Under the pieces are notes generated by a model. It was not told the DNA's origin. It searched no databases and saw only the letters and a program-made list of their open reading frames with translations. From positions 37,344-101,343 of the forward strand of contig CABXDI010000002.1 in the NCBI GenBank assembly GCA_902510815.1: 64,000 bases of DNA, in the 5' to 3' direction. This DNA comes from an uncultured Verrucomicrobiota bacterium. GTDB taxonomy: Bacteria > Verrucomicrobiota > Verrucomicrobiia > Verrucomicrobiales > DEV007. The position numbers were made by a program, and so were the translations under genes. Of this stretch, positions 49,010 through 58,994 are shown in pieces (the stretch's first letter is position 1; each line of letters begins with the position of its first letter).

Positions 49010-50476
49010 ATGAAGCATTTGTTCTTATACTTATCCTTGAACTTACTCATTTCTTGCATTGCCTATGCAGAGGAAAAAAATAATTCAAATTACGAGGCGG
49101 TCGTAAGAATTGAAAACTCATCGTTAAATCCTGATTATAAAACCCCTTGGAATAGTGGTCGAGATTCCGGTGGTAACGGAACTGGTTGGCTAGTTGCTGA
49201 AAATAAGTTTCTCACCAATGCGCACGTTGTAAGCAATAGCCGAATTGTGTACATCAAGAAAGTCGGCGATGCTAAACCCTATCGCGCAAGAATCGTGCAT
49301 ATTGCTCATGACTGTGATCTTGCCATGTTAGAGTTAGAGGACCCTGCTGCATTTGAAGGTGTTAAACCTTTCGATGTTGGAACATTGCCCCAACTTGATA
49401 CCACAGTTAAAGTCATTGGCTACCCAATTGGAGGTGAAAGAATTTCAATTACATCTGGAGTAGTTTCAAGAATAGATTTCCTGAGCTATTCTCATACAAG
49501 TGTTGATTTACACCTAACTGTGCAAATTGATGCAGCAATAAATCCTGGAAACTCAGGTGGTCCAGTTATTCAAGGTGGCAAGGTCGTAGGAGTAGCTTTT
49601 CAAGGTTATTCAGGAAACATAGCACAGAACACTGGATACATGATTCCTCCTCCAGTAATTAAACGATTTTTAAAAGACGTAGAAGATGGGAATTATGATC
49701 ATTATGTAGATCTGAGTATGAGTGATTTTCCTTTGCTTAATCCTTCTCAAAGAATTGCATTAGGTCTGCCCAATGATGGTATAGGAATCATGGTGTCTAA
49801 CGTAGAAGAAGATGGTTCTGCAGGAGGCATATTAAAAACAGGCGACGTACTCTTAGAAATTGATGGCCTAACAGTAAAATCAAACGGTTTAATTAATTAC
49901 GGGGGAGAAGATGTAAATATGAATGAGATCGTTGAAAGAAAGTTTGCTGGAGATGTTATCGATCTGAAAATTTGGCGAAACAAACAGCCGATGAATAAAC
50001 GAGTTACACTCAAAAGATTCATGCCCTACTTAATAGCCGCGCGTAAATATGATGAAAAACCAAGATATGTAATGTTTGCAGGCCTTGTGTTTCAACCACT
50101 AGATCGAAACCTTATGGCTGCTCATAATATGAAAAGCTTACAGGTTCGTTATCATTTCGATTCGTACGTCTCATCTAACATATATAAAGAACGCCCAGAA
50201 GTGATTGTCTTAACATCAATTCTTCCAGATTCAATCAACTCCTATTTTAACCAATTTACTCAAAGCATTGTTGATAAAGTCAACGGCATTGCAGTAAAAA
50301 ATTTAAAAGATGTCCACTCAGCTTTATCAAAAAACGATGGAGATTATATCGTAATTAATCTTCTAGGTAATGGCAGACCAATAGTTATTGAGAAAAGTAA
50401 AATTGAAGAAGCGCAAAAAAGAATTCAATCAAAATATAACGTCATTAAAGATAATTATCTTGGTCCTATTGAATAA
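49010..50476 (+). CDS. Secreted Deg/HtrA-like trypsin-fold serine protease with C-terminal PDZ-like domains
   Basis: Signal peptide. Catalytic blocks TNAHVV (His), HDCDLAML (Asp), NPGNSGGPV (Ser). Confidence 0.88.
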   Translation: MKHLFLYLSLNLLISCIAYAEEKNNSNYEAVVRIENSSLNPDYKTPWNSGRDSGGNGTGWLVAENKFLTNAHVVSNSRIVYIKKVGDAKPYRARIVHIAHDCDLAMLELEDPAAFEGVKPFDVGTLPQLDTTVKVIGYPIGGERISITSGVVSRIDFLSYSHTSVDLHLTVQIDAAINPGNSGGPVIQGGKVVGVAFQGYSGNIAQNTGYMIPPPVIKRFLKDVEDGNYDHYVDLSMSDFPLLNPSQRIALGLPNDGIGIMVSNVEEDGSAGGILKTGDVLLEIDGLTVKSNGLINYGGEDVNMNEIVERKFAGDVIDLKIWRNKQPMNKRVTLKRFMPYLIAARKYDEKPRYVMFAGLVFQPLDRNLMAAHNMKSLQVRYHFDSYVSSNIYKERPEVIVLTSILPDSINSYFNQFTQSIVDKVNGIAVKNLKDVHSALSKNDGDYIVINLLGNGRPIVIEKSKIEEAQKRIQSKYNVIKDNYLGPIE

Positions 50477-50533
50477 TATAAATCACTATCAAAACCAAAA
50501 TTTTGCCACAAAATAATTTCGAAATTTTATATT

Positions 50534-52003
50534 ATGAAACAGTTTTCTTACACTCTAATCATTTCAATTTCTCACCTATTCGTTTGTTACGTTGATGCGT
50601 TCGCAGCAAGCGCTGAAAAGTCTGTAATTAGAGTTAATACAACGATGCAGGCCTTTAGCCTCATTCAACCATGGGAAAAAGGGGCAGCATCAACAAGGCT
50701 AGGATTAGGAGCTGTTTTACCCAACAATAAAGTGCTGGTTACAGCTCAAATGGTCACCGACGCGACCTACATTGAATTGGAAAAACCTGATTCATCTGAA
50801 AAAACAACGGCTAAAGTACTAACGGTTGATTACGAGGCAAACCTAGCCCTACTAGAACCATTAAATGATAAGAATTTTTTATCAGATAGAGAACCTTTCC
50901 TACTCAATGAGAAACTCTCTCCATCGGACGAATTAGAGGCTTGGCAATTCGAAAGTAATGGGACACCCGTCTCAACAAAAATTACAGTCTCAAAAGCTGA
51001 AGTAAGAAAATCATTTTTGGACACTTCTAATTTTCTCCAAGTTCAAGCTAATGGCCCTGTTCAGTATCGATCTGGAAGCTTTACTCTTCCCGTAGCAAAG
51101 AACAAGAAACTGGCTGGCCTCCTTGTCAGCTATTCAAGTAAAGATCAAATATCAAGCATCTTACCAACTTCTATCATTAAGCACTTTCTTAAAGACATTG
51201 AAAACGGTGAATATACAGGGTTCCCAAACTTAGGAATCATGTATTCACAAACTCTCGACGAACAATTTAGACAATATTTAAAACTTGGTAAAGACGATGG
51301 TGGAGTTTTTGTCAGCAAGGTAATCGAAGGTGCTTCTGCTTCAGGGAACCTTAAATCAGGTGACGTTATTCTGGAGATCAATGGCAATAAAATAGACTCT
51401 CGAGGAAACTACGATGATAAGGTTTGGGGTAAATTGAAATTCGGCAATTTGGTAAGAGGTATACCTTTCACAGGCGATATCATAGAAATGGAAATAATAA
51501 GAAAAGGAGAGAGGATGAAAGTGAGCTTCGAACTCATCAGAAGACCAACAGAAGATTATCTTATCGATCCTTACATGTTTGATAGAGGGCCTAAGTTTTC
51601 AATTATTGGAGGATTAGTTTTCCAGGAACTCTCTGTGCCTTTTTTAAAGCTTTTCGGAAACGATTGGCGAACCCGAGCTCCAATAAAACTTTTAATGGCT
51701 CATGCAAATCCTGAAATGTACGAAAAGCAAGGAAACAGAAAACTTGTAATCATGACAAGAACCATACCGACTCCAGCAACTTTAGGGTACGAAAGGCTTA
51801 GTACGCTAATAGTAACAAAGATAAATGGAGTTCCAGTCAAAGACATCAAGGATGTCCATGAAGCCTCCAAATCACCCATAGGTGGTCAGCACAGAATTGA
51901 ATTTGAATCTTACCCCAAATTAATATTTTTAGATGCATCATTATCTTCAAGACTCAACAAAGCACTCGAGCAAAGAATTGGTATAACCCAAAGGTTAGAC
52001 TAA
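50534..52003 (+). CDS. Secreted Deg-like paralogue with degenerate catalytic triad (probable pseudoprotease)
   Basis: Collinear with the upstream paralogue (shared IKHFLKDIENGEY, SGDVILEING, GGLVFQ blocks). Has TAQMV for TNAHVV, EANLALL for DCDLAML and YRSGSF for GNSGGP. Confidence 0.8.
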   Translation: MKQFSYTLIISISHLFVCYVDAFAASAEKSVIRVNTTMQAFSLIQPWEKGAASTRLGLGAVLPNNKVLVTAQMVTDATYIELEKPDSSEKTTAKVLTVDYEANLALLEPLNDKNFLSDREPFLLNEKLSPSDELEAWQFESNGTPVSTKITVSKAEVRKSFLDTSNFLQVQANGPVQYRSGSFTLPVAKNKKLAGLLVSYSSKDQISSILPTSIIKHFLKDIENGEYTGFPNLGIMYSQTLDEQFRQYLKLGKDDGGVFVSKVIEGASASGNLKSGDVILEINGNKIDSRGNYDDKVWGKLKFGNLVRGIPFTGDIIEMEIIRKGERMKVSFELIRRPTEDYLIDPYMFDRGPKFSIIGGLVFQELSVPFLKLFGNDWRTRAPIKLLMAHANPEMYEKQGNRKLVIMTRTIPTPATLGYERLSTLIVTKINGVPVKDIKDVHEASKSPIGGQHRIEFESYPKLIFLDASLSSRLNKALEQRIGITQRLD

Positions 52004-52022
52004 ATTATTTATTTTCTGAGGC

Positions 52023-52694
52023 ATGCTCAACCATCCTGTAGGTGTCATCTTCGACTGGGATGGAGTTATCATAGATTCACATAATCAACATGAACTGAGC
52101 TGGCAGCGCTTGGCTAACGAACACGAAAAAAATCTTCCTAATAATTTTTTTAAGGAAACCTTCGGCATGAGGAATGAATCCATCATTCCGAAATTTTTTA
52201 ATAACTGGATTGATACAAAAGATGATACACAAATCAAAATACTTGCCGATAGAAAAGAAGAAATCTACAGAGAAATAATTACTCAAAATGGAATTGCTCC
52301 TTTGAAGGGAGTAAAAGAATTACTGACTTCTCTCAAATCTCAAAACATTCGTTGCTCAATTGGATCATCAACCCCAAGAAAAAATATAAAAACGGTTATA
52401 AATATAATTGGCCTATCAAATTATTTCGACGCCATAACCGCAGCTGAAGATGTTAGTAATGGTAAGCCTGACCCTGAAGTTTTCCTCAAAGCATCAAAGA
52501 AAATTGGCATCGCTCCGGAAAATTGCATTGTTTTTGAAGATGCCCATGTAGGAATCCAAGCCGCTCTAGCTGCAGAAATGAAAGTAATAGCAGTCGCAAC
52601 GACTCACAAAATTGATCGACTTGGTAAAGCTCACCGCGCCGTGGAAAGCTTAGAAAAAGTCAAAATCGGAGAATTGTATAAATTATTTGAGTAG
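52023..52694 (+). CDS. HAD-superfamily hydrolase (beta-phosphoglucomutase-like, subfamily IA)
   Basis: GVIFDWDGVIIDS (DxDG), GSSTPR, GKPDPEVFL, FEDAHVGIQAA motifs. Confidence 0.85.
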   Translation: MLNHPVGVIFDWDGVIIDSHNQHELSWQRLANEHEKNLPNNFFKETFGMRNESIIPKFFNNWIDTKDDTQIKILADRKEEIYREIITQNGIAPLKGVKELLTSLKSQNIRCSIGSSTPRKNIKTVINIIGLSNYFDAITAAEDVSNGKPDPEVFLKASKKIGIAPENCIVFEDAHVGIQAALAAEMKVIAVATTHKIDRLGKAHRAVESLEKVKIGELYKLFE

Positions 52695-52698
52695 AATT

Positions 52699-53796
52699 TT
52701 ACTTAAGCCCTAAACCTAGTTTGTTACGACAGTAATCGATACTATTCGCAATCTCATTTTTCTGATAATCCTGATCAGCCTTATCTTTATTAACACCCTT
52801 AGGAGGAGCCCATGCCTTCCTCGGTTTACCTTTTTTAGCCAATTTTAGAAATTCTTCATATCCCTTTGGCTTACCCTTAGGCCAAGCTTTCCAGAAAGAA
52901 TCGTCATTAATTCTAAGTTCACGATTAAACCCTGATATTGTTTCAATATTAACTGCAGTTTTAGGACACAACTTCTGATAAAGATCAAAATATTTCACGA
53001 GGTCTACGCTCCCCTCACCCATGGCAGTCCATTGAGCTGTGACTCCATTCTCACTTTCCCATATCGCTGTGTCTCGAAGACTAGTAGTAATTGCATATTT
53101 CCCAAGATTTCTTAAGTTTTCTATTGGATCCTCTAATGTCCACACCGCATTTCCAGAATCCATGTTTGCACCTACAAAATCACTACCGGCTTCTTCAATC
53201 AATGTCACAAGTTCCGTCGAATGCATATCACCAGCGTGGTTTTCCATCGCAATCTTCACTCCATGATCAACACAATAATTCTTATTTCTTTTCAAAACTT
53301 TAACAGTATCCGCAATTCTTGCTTCAATCCCTCCTTCACTTAAGCGATCACCCCTATCTCCGAGAACAACTCTAAAGGCTGGTGATCCCAAAGCCTTGGC
53401 CATTCTCACTCCAAGCTTTAAATGCTCATCAGCAGTACCCCAATCCCCCTTAAATCTCCTTGCTGTCGGACAAATAGACCAAGATCCAAGCAAAATATTT
53501 ACACCTTTACCCGATGCTAATGTAGATAAATTTTGAAGATATTTTTCATCATCTAATTTTTCAAAAGGACCAAAATCGGTAATGAAAATAGTATCACACT
53601 TTAATTCTGCAGCATAATGAATGAGCTCACTAGCATTCCATCGCATAGCGCGCACAGCAAAGTTGTCATACCCAAGAGAAATTTGTCGTTTAACAATATC
53701 AGCCCCAAATACATCTATATTGGAGTTGGCAACTGCATAAGCACTTCCTGTAATTGCTGCAGATTTAATAAATTCTCTACGGTTATTTTTTTGCAT
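52699..53796 (-). CDS. Tat-exported xylose-isomerase-like TIM-barrel protein (sugar phosphate isomerase/epimerase family)
   Basis: MQKNNRREFIKSAAITGSA twin-arginine signal from ATG 53796. ENHAGD and DSGN blocks of the AP-endonuclease-2/xylose-isomerase-like fold. Confidence 0.8.
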   Translation of the reverse strand: MQKNNRREFIKSAAITGSAYAVANSNIDVFGADIVKRQISLGYDNFAVRAMRWNASELIHYAAELKCDTIFITDFGPFEKLDDEKYLQNLSTLASGKGVNILLGSWSICPTARRFKGDWGTADEHLKLGVRMAKALGSPAFRVVLGDRGDRLSEGGIEARIADTVKVLKRNKNYCVDHGVKIAMENHAGDMHSTELVTLIEEAGSDFVGANMDSGNAVWTLEDPIENLRNLGKYAITTSLRDTAIWESENGVTAQWTAMGEGSVDLVKYFDLYQKLCPKTAVNIETISGFNRELRINDDSFWKAWPKGKPKGYEEFLKLAKKGKPRKAWAPPKGVNKDKADQDYQKNEIANSIDYCRNKLGLGLK

Positions 53797-53849
53797 TTCA
53801 AAATTTAAAACCGTTGAGAGATATTTAGCAATACTCTTTCCTTCAAAAA

Positions 53850-54566
53850 TTAGACCCAATTGTAGTCAGGAGCTAGGACTCTTGCTTCATTAATGTTAAT
53901 TTTTTCTAATAGAAAGCGTCTACTGTATTTACCTCCATTATACTTTTGGCAACATGGATAACATGCTGACTCTCTGGTAAGTTTTCTAACCCTTGGAACA
54001 ATAACGCCGCAACTCCTACAACGATATGCTAACTTCCTTTTCACTTCTCTTGTAGCCAAAGGAAGATCATGACAACGTTTTTCACCTGGAATTCCCAATT
54101 CAGAGCAAGCAGACTGCCACTCACGCCCATGAGGCTGTATCCGAGCACCAGATGCTCTGTAATGAGCAATCAAATGCGCTAACTCGTGCAATAAAGTTCT
54201 TTTAGGTTCATCAGGAAAATGACGTTTTAAACGAGGGTTTAAATCAATACGAGCCTTATCGTGATAGGCAAGTCCTGCAGTTGAGGTTAACCTTAAGTTC
54301 CAAAAAACATTAACTTCAGAAGCTAATGAATATAAACCCATTTCTCGAAGTCTATCTGCACATTCATTAGTTAAGTCTTTATCAAATTTTAAGCCATTTC
54401 CTCGGGTTACCTTCTTTCGGTTAGCTGGCTTTGTGACATCAAAAAGATCAAACAATGAAGTCGCTGAGCTTGAATCATTTTTATGATTTTTTACTCTTTT
54501 ATAGATTCCTCCAAATAAAGAACCACTGAGACTAAGGTTAAGCTGATGGTATTCAGGATTGTCCAT
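53850..54566 (-). CDS. SprT-like zinc metalloprotease domain protein
   Basis: LLHELAHLIAH (HExxH) plus a C-terminal 4-Cys ribbon (CRSCG...CYPCC). Confidence 0.75.
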   Translation of the reverse strand: MDNPEYHQLNLSLSGSLFGGIYKRVKNHKNDSSSATSLFDLFDVTKPANRKKVTRGNGLKFDKDLTNECADRLREMGLYSLASEVNVFWNLRLTSTAGLAYHDKARIDLNPRLKRHFPDEPKRTLLHELAHLIAHYRASGARIQPHGREWQSACSELGIPGEKRCHDLPLATREVKRKLAYRCRSCGVIVPRVRKLTRESACYPCCQKYNGGKYSRRFLLEKININEARVLAPDYNWV

Positions 54567-55521
54567 TATCCTCAGCCTCCTTATGATTACGTTTATTTTT
54601 TATCTCGTGTTCTACTTCTGAGAGCGCAACAAGGGAATCCTCGTCGATACTATTCATTATAAAAGCATTAGCTCCAATTGTACTACGAGCCCCAATAACC
54701 GTTTCTCCACCTAATATAGTTGCACCGGGATAAATAACGACATTATCTCCGACATTAGGATGCCTTTTGATACCTTTAATTGGATTTCCTTCATTATCTT
54801 TCTGAAAGCTCCGTGCTCCTAGAGTGACACCATGATAAAGTTTAACATGACTACCTATCACACAAGTCTCTCCTATGACTACCCCCGTACCATGATCAAT
54901 AAAAAAATGAGATCCAATCTTTGCTCCAGGATGAATATCTATTCCTGTTTTCGAATGCGCCCATTCTGTCATCATTCTAGGAATAAGAGGAATACCAAAG
55001 CAATATAAAACATGAGACATCCTTTGAATGGCGATGGCTTCAAGACAGGGATAAGCGAGTATTATCTCCTCAAAACTTTGAGCCGCTGGATCCCCTTCAT
55101 AGGCTGCCTCTACATCAGTACGCAAAAGTCCTCTAATGTTTGGCAATTCTGAAAGAAAATCTGAAGCGAGGTCTTTTGGATCTTTAACTTTTAAATTCTC
55201 TTCACTCAAAAGTCTCAAACTTCGCTTTATCTCTTTTTCGAGTGCATAAACGATTTTAGATAAGACTTGAGCCGTTTCTTCTTCTAGATTTTCAGATTCG
55301 ATTGCTTCAGTCTCCAGAAACCCTGGAAATAGAATCTGCATTAAACCTTCACAGAGAGCAGCGATAGCAGGCCTAGAAGGTAAATTGGCGCTATCAATTC
55401 GATTAATGCCGCCCACTTCTTGATAGGAAAGAAGTAAGTCATCAACTATTTTCCTTTCTAAAATATCCATATCAGCTAATAAATGCTCGGATAAATTCAG
55501 TTTATTAATACTGAATAGCAA
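54553..55521 (-). CDS. cysE: Serine O-acetyltransferase, long form (TTG 55521 or ATG 55470 start)
   Basis: Helical N-domain plus hexapeptide-repeat core DIHPGAKIGSHFFIDHGTGVVIGETCVIG...VTLG. Confidence 0.88.
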   Translation of the reverse strand: MLFSINKLNLSEHLLADMDILERKIVDDLLLSYQEVGGINRIDSANLPSRPAIAALCEGLMQILFPGFLETEAIESENLEEETAQVLSKIVYALEKEIKRSLRLLSEENLKVKDPKDLASDFLSELPNIRGLLRTDVEAAYEGDPAAQSFEEIILAYPCLEAIAIQRMSHVLYCFGIPLIPRMMTEWAHSKTGIDIHPGAKIGSHFFIDHGTGVVIGETCVIGSHVKLYHGVTLGARSFQKDNEGNPIKGIKRHPNVGDNVVIYPGATILGGETVIGARSTIGANAFIMNSIDEDSLVALSEVEHEIKNKRNHKEAEDNGQS

Positions 55522-55633
55522 CTAATATAAATAATAAAGTAAAGTTAACTAGTTGTCTTGTAATATTATTGATAACTTTATTTTAATCGTAATGTCATTC
55601 ATTCTTTTGAAATAGAATAAGAACAGAGTTTTT

Positions 55634-56155
55634 ATGAATTACCTAGAGCCGCCAATTAAAGAGCAAAGATTTACCCTCTCGGATATACTTAAGTCCTTCA
55701 TTGTCATACTCCCAATGATGCTTATTAGCTGTAAACACACCAATCAAGAAGTCACTATAGTTAATTCAAAATATTTCCATCTCAATGCGGAGGAAGACAT
55801 CGCTTCACAAGACCCAATGGTAAGATTTGAAAAAAAGCACCTACTGCACGGAGCAATAACAGAAAGAGAAAAAAGACTAAGATCTGGTCATTACTATGTA
55901 TTTGATTGGCTAAATCCAAATTGGAAAAATTCAAATCAGCCTATAACAGTTCGCTTTGAATACCGTCAAAAACACACAGGATCGAAAATTCATCGCCGAG
56001 ATTTAAAGACATTAAGATCAACCTCGCTTAGAAACAAAACGAAAATTAAAATAGCTGGGACGGAGTATCTACAAAATGGCAAGGTTACCGCATGGCGATT
56101 TTCAATTATGAGAGGAGAAATGTTGATCACTAGTGACCAATCTTACCTTTGGTAG
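55634..56155 (+). CDS. Hypothetical lipoprotein
   Basis: MMLISCKH lipobox-like signal. No family recognised. Confidence 0.5.
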   Translation: MNYLEPPIKEQRFTLSDILKSFIVILPMMLISCKHTNQEVTIVNSKYFHLNAEEDIASQDPMVRFEKKHLLHGAITEREKRLRSGHYYVFDWLNPNWKNSNQPITVRFEYRQKHTGSKIHRRDLKTLRSTSLRNKTKIKIAGTEYLQNGKVTAWRFSIMRGEMLITSDQSYLW

Positions 56156-56262
56156 AGGTATGGATATGATTTTATTTAAATAAAAAAAGTTTAATTCTTG
56201 AAGGATTCCTCTTGCCTTAATACCAGCAGAGGTTTTGTTTAGAGCTCTGCTCTAATCATCAA

Positions 56263-56799
56263 GTGAATCCCGTCGCACCTATCTATGCTGGACAACTCCA
56301 AAACGGAGTCATTTGGATTCGTATTGAAGGTAAAGGTTCTTTTAAAAATAGTACCGAGTTAAAAACATATGTTTCTCTAGCTATCAAGAAAGGAGCTATG
56401 AAATTTGTTATCGATTTGGAAAATTGCCCAGTTATGGATTCGACATTTATGGGAACTCTGGTCGGCATTAACCGGTCACTAAGTAATATAGAAGAGGGAG
56501 GTATTGATGTCATAAATGCCAATACAAGAAACCAACAACTTCTTACCAGTCTCGGAATAGACAAATTATTACGACTTGATCTAGAAAATAAAGTCTATGA
56601 AGAATTTAGATATGAAATATCTAAACATATTCAAAATGGGCATTACTTAGATCATGAAGAAGTCGATAATTATAAGAATGCCATTCATTCACTTGAAGCG
56701 CATAAAGAACTTACTAAAGCCGAAAAAAGTAATGTACCAAGATTTAAGGATGTGATTATTTATTTAGAACAAGATCTAAAAAACAAAACAAAATCCTAA
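56263..56799 (+). CDS. STAS-domain protein (anti-sigma-factor-antagonist type) with ~70-aa C-terminal extension
   Basis: GKGSF..., FVIDLENCPVMDSTFMGTLVGI (phosphorylatable DS[ST] motif). GTG start, 9 nt upstream of the PP2C gene. Confidence 0.8.
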   Translation: MNPVAPIYAGQLQNGVIWIRIEGKGSFKNSTELKTYVSLAIKKGAMKFVIDLENCPVMDSTFMGTLVGINRSLSNIEEGGIDVINANTRNQQLLTSLGIDKLLRLDLENKVYEEFRYEISKHIQNGHYLDHEEVDNYKNAIHSLEAHKELTKAEKSNVPRFKDVIIYLEQDLKNKTKS

Positions 56800-56808
56800 T
56801 AAGAAAAA

Positions 56809-58248
56809 ATGTATATAACGATCATAGCAATTTTGCTTTCTTTGGTCGGAATATGTTTTTTTTATATTTGGAAATATCTAAAAATTGCTAAGCAGTTAGA
56901 GCGGCAAAGGGTCGACATCGAAACTGAAGAGCTTAGAATGTTTGATTTCCTGCACAGCCTAGGAGAAACACTTACGCAGGAAGGGGGCACCAATCCATTG
57001 ACTCTATATAGAACTATAGTCAGAGGGTCAGCTATGGTCGTTGAAGCTCATGGAGCAGCACTATATCTAATAGACAAAACAAATGATAATCTAGTATCAC
57101 AATATCAAAGTGAAGCTTGTCCTATCTTAATTCCTGTACCTGAGCATATCGCTCAACAGGCAAAGACCACACCAAATACCATTAATAGCTATAAAAGATT
57201 GACTAGCATAGGAAGAAAATGGGGGCCATTTGGAGAAGCATTTGCCTCCAAAAAAATAATTAAAATTAACAACCTTGCAAAAAATCCGCATTATGAAAAA
57301 GCAGACCAAAAAACACATGACTGTGTATCTGCAATAATAGCTCCGCTTATTTATGGAGGTAAAGAATTAGGAATTTTAGCCGTTGCTAATAACTCTGATT
57401 CAGAAAAATTCAGTCAAAATGATTATGAAGTTTTCCAATCTATTGCTGAACAATCCTCTTTTGCTCTCGGAAACTCAATAATCCATCGAGAAGCAGTAGA
57501 AAAGAAAAATCTTGAAAATGAGCTGAATACCGCAAGCGAAGTTCAGCGAATTTTATTACCTTCAACATCTCCTAATCTTGAGGGATATTCCATAAACGGT
57601 CTCAATGTTCCTGCAAAAATTGTGAGTGGGGACTATTACGATTATTTTAAAATCGACGATAAGAGACTTGGAGTAATAATCGCTGATGTTTCTGGAAAGG
57701 GCGTACCAGCCTCATTAATTACTGCGATGTGCCGCAGTGTTGTACGAGCCAATGCTGACAAAACTCTTTGCCCAGCAGATGTGCTAAGAAAAGTTAACTA
57801 TCAACTTTTTCCTGACATTAGAGAGGACATGTTCATCAGTTTAGCTTATGTGGTTCTGGAAGCAAATTCAGGAAGGATACAAATTGCGCGGGCAGGCCAC
57901 GATGCCCCATTACATTATTCGTTTAACGAAAATAAAATTGAAGCTATAAATGCACCAGGCATTGCTATAGGTATTGATTCGGGAGCAGTTTTTGACAAAA
58001 GCATTCGATCCATCGATTTAGAAATGAGCCAAGGTGACATTCTATTACTCTATACTGATGGCGTTAATGAAGCATCAGATGTTAGAGGAGAAGAATTCGG
58101 AACAGAGCGTCTTTATGAAACGCTGACACATACCTCTTCGCTAGGATCAAAGGAAGTAGTTAAAGGCATACAGGAAAAGGTCACAAAATTTGCTGGGAAT
58201 GTTCCCCAAAATGATGACATTACCCTGATTGCAATTGAAAAAAATTGA
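56809..58248 (+). CDS. Membrane-anchored GAF + PP2C (SpoIIE/RsbU-type) serine phosphatase
   Basis: N-terminal TM, GAF-like middle region, PP2C blocks SGDYYDYF, IADVSGKGVPASL, LLLYTDGVNEA, NDDITLIAI. Confidence 0.88.
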   Translation: MYITIIAILLSLVGICFFYIWKYLKIAKQLERQRVDIETEELRMFDFLHSLGETLTQEGGTNPLTLYRTIVRGSAMVVEAHGAALYLIDKTNDNLVSQYQSEACPILIPVPEHIAQQAKTTPNTINSYKRLTSIGRKWGPFGEAFASKKIIKINNLAKNPHYEKADQKTHDCVSAIIAPLIYGGKELGILAVANNSDSEKFSQNDYEVFQSIAEQSSFALGNSIIHREAVEKKNLENELNTASEVQRILLPSTSPNLEGYSINGLNVPAKIVSGDYYDYFKIDDKRLGVIIADVSGKGVPASLITAMCRSVVRANADKTLCPADVLRKVNYQLFPDIREDMFISLAYVVLEANSGRIQIARAGHDAPLHYSFNENKIEAINAPGIAIGIDSGAVFDKSIRSIDLEMSQGDILLLYTDGVNEASDVRGEEFGTERLYETLTHTSSLGSKEVVKGIQEKVTKFAGNVPQNDDITLIAIEKN

Positions 58249-58326
58249 TTTTATTTCGTAAATAGCTTTGTAGCAATCCAAAGTTTATTCGATATATTGT
58301 GCTTCAATTTATTAATTCCCTTCTTA

Positions 58327-58938
58327 ATGAGCAAAAAAAATAAAGAGACAAAGTCTGAGGAAATTCCAGAAACCAAAGAAAACGAACTCGAAATCGAGGA
58401 AGTCGAATCTAATGATTCTGAGAATGAAAATGAGGAAAAATCTGATGCAGAGGAAGTAGACCCGTTAGAGGATGCAAAAAATGAAGCTGCTCATTGGAAA
58501 GATATAGCTGCAAGAAATCAGGCAGAATTAGATAATTACAGAAAGAGAATGGCTAGGGAAAAAAGTGATGCTATTAAATTCGCCAATAGTAATCTACTTA
58601 GCGAACTGCTCCCAGTCATTGATAATTTTCAGATGGGCCTTAGTGCTGCGATTAATGAAGATCCAGATTCAATCATCAGCAAAGGCATGGAAATGGTACA
58701 AAAACAATTAGAGGAATTCTTCACTTCACAAGGAGCAGTACCCGTTTCAGCAGTGGGTCAAGAATTTAACCCTAATCTACATGAAGCTATCTCTCAAGAA
58801 TCCAGTGAGCAAGTTCCCGAAGGTAAGGTGATTTCAGAGATAAGAAAAGGCTATACCCTCAATGATAGATTATTGAGGCCAGCCAACGTGGTTGTTTCGA
58901 AAGGTCCAGAAAATACAGAGGAGCAAAATGAATCATAA
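58327..58938 (+). CDS. grpE: Nucleotide exchange factor GrpE
   Basis: Acidic N-terminus, LDNYRKRMAREK, FNPNLHEAI blocks. ATG 58327 preferred over the tracked upstream start. Confidence 0.93.
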   Translation: MSKKNKETKSEEIPETKENELEIEEVESNDSENENEEKSDAEEVDPLEDAKNEAAHWKDIAARNQAELDNYRKRMAREKSDAIKFANSNLLSELLPVIDNFQMGLSAAINEDPDSIISKGMEMVQKQLEEFFTSQGAVPVSAVGQEFNPNLHEAISQESSEQVPEGKVISEIRKGYTLNDRLLRPANVVVSKGPENTEEQNES

Positions 58939-58994
58939 ATAGATTCATTTCATTTGATATTCTTATCTAATTTAAATCAAAAATTACCACTTTA

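Noticed and set aside
53797-53859. Upstream extensions of tracked ORFs (isomerase 53797-53859, DUF1080 62022-62090, grpE 58297-58326, lipoprotein 44278-44325)
   Set aside because: The internal ATGs immediately precede the recognisable signal peptide or conserved N-terminus. Using them removes overlaps with neighbouring genes.
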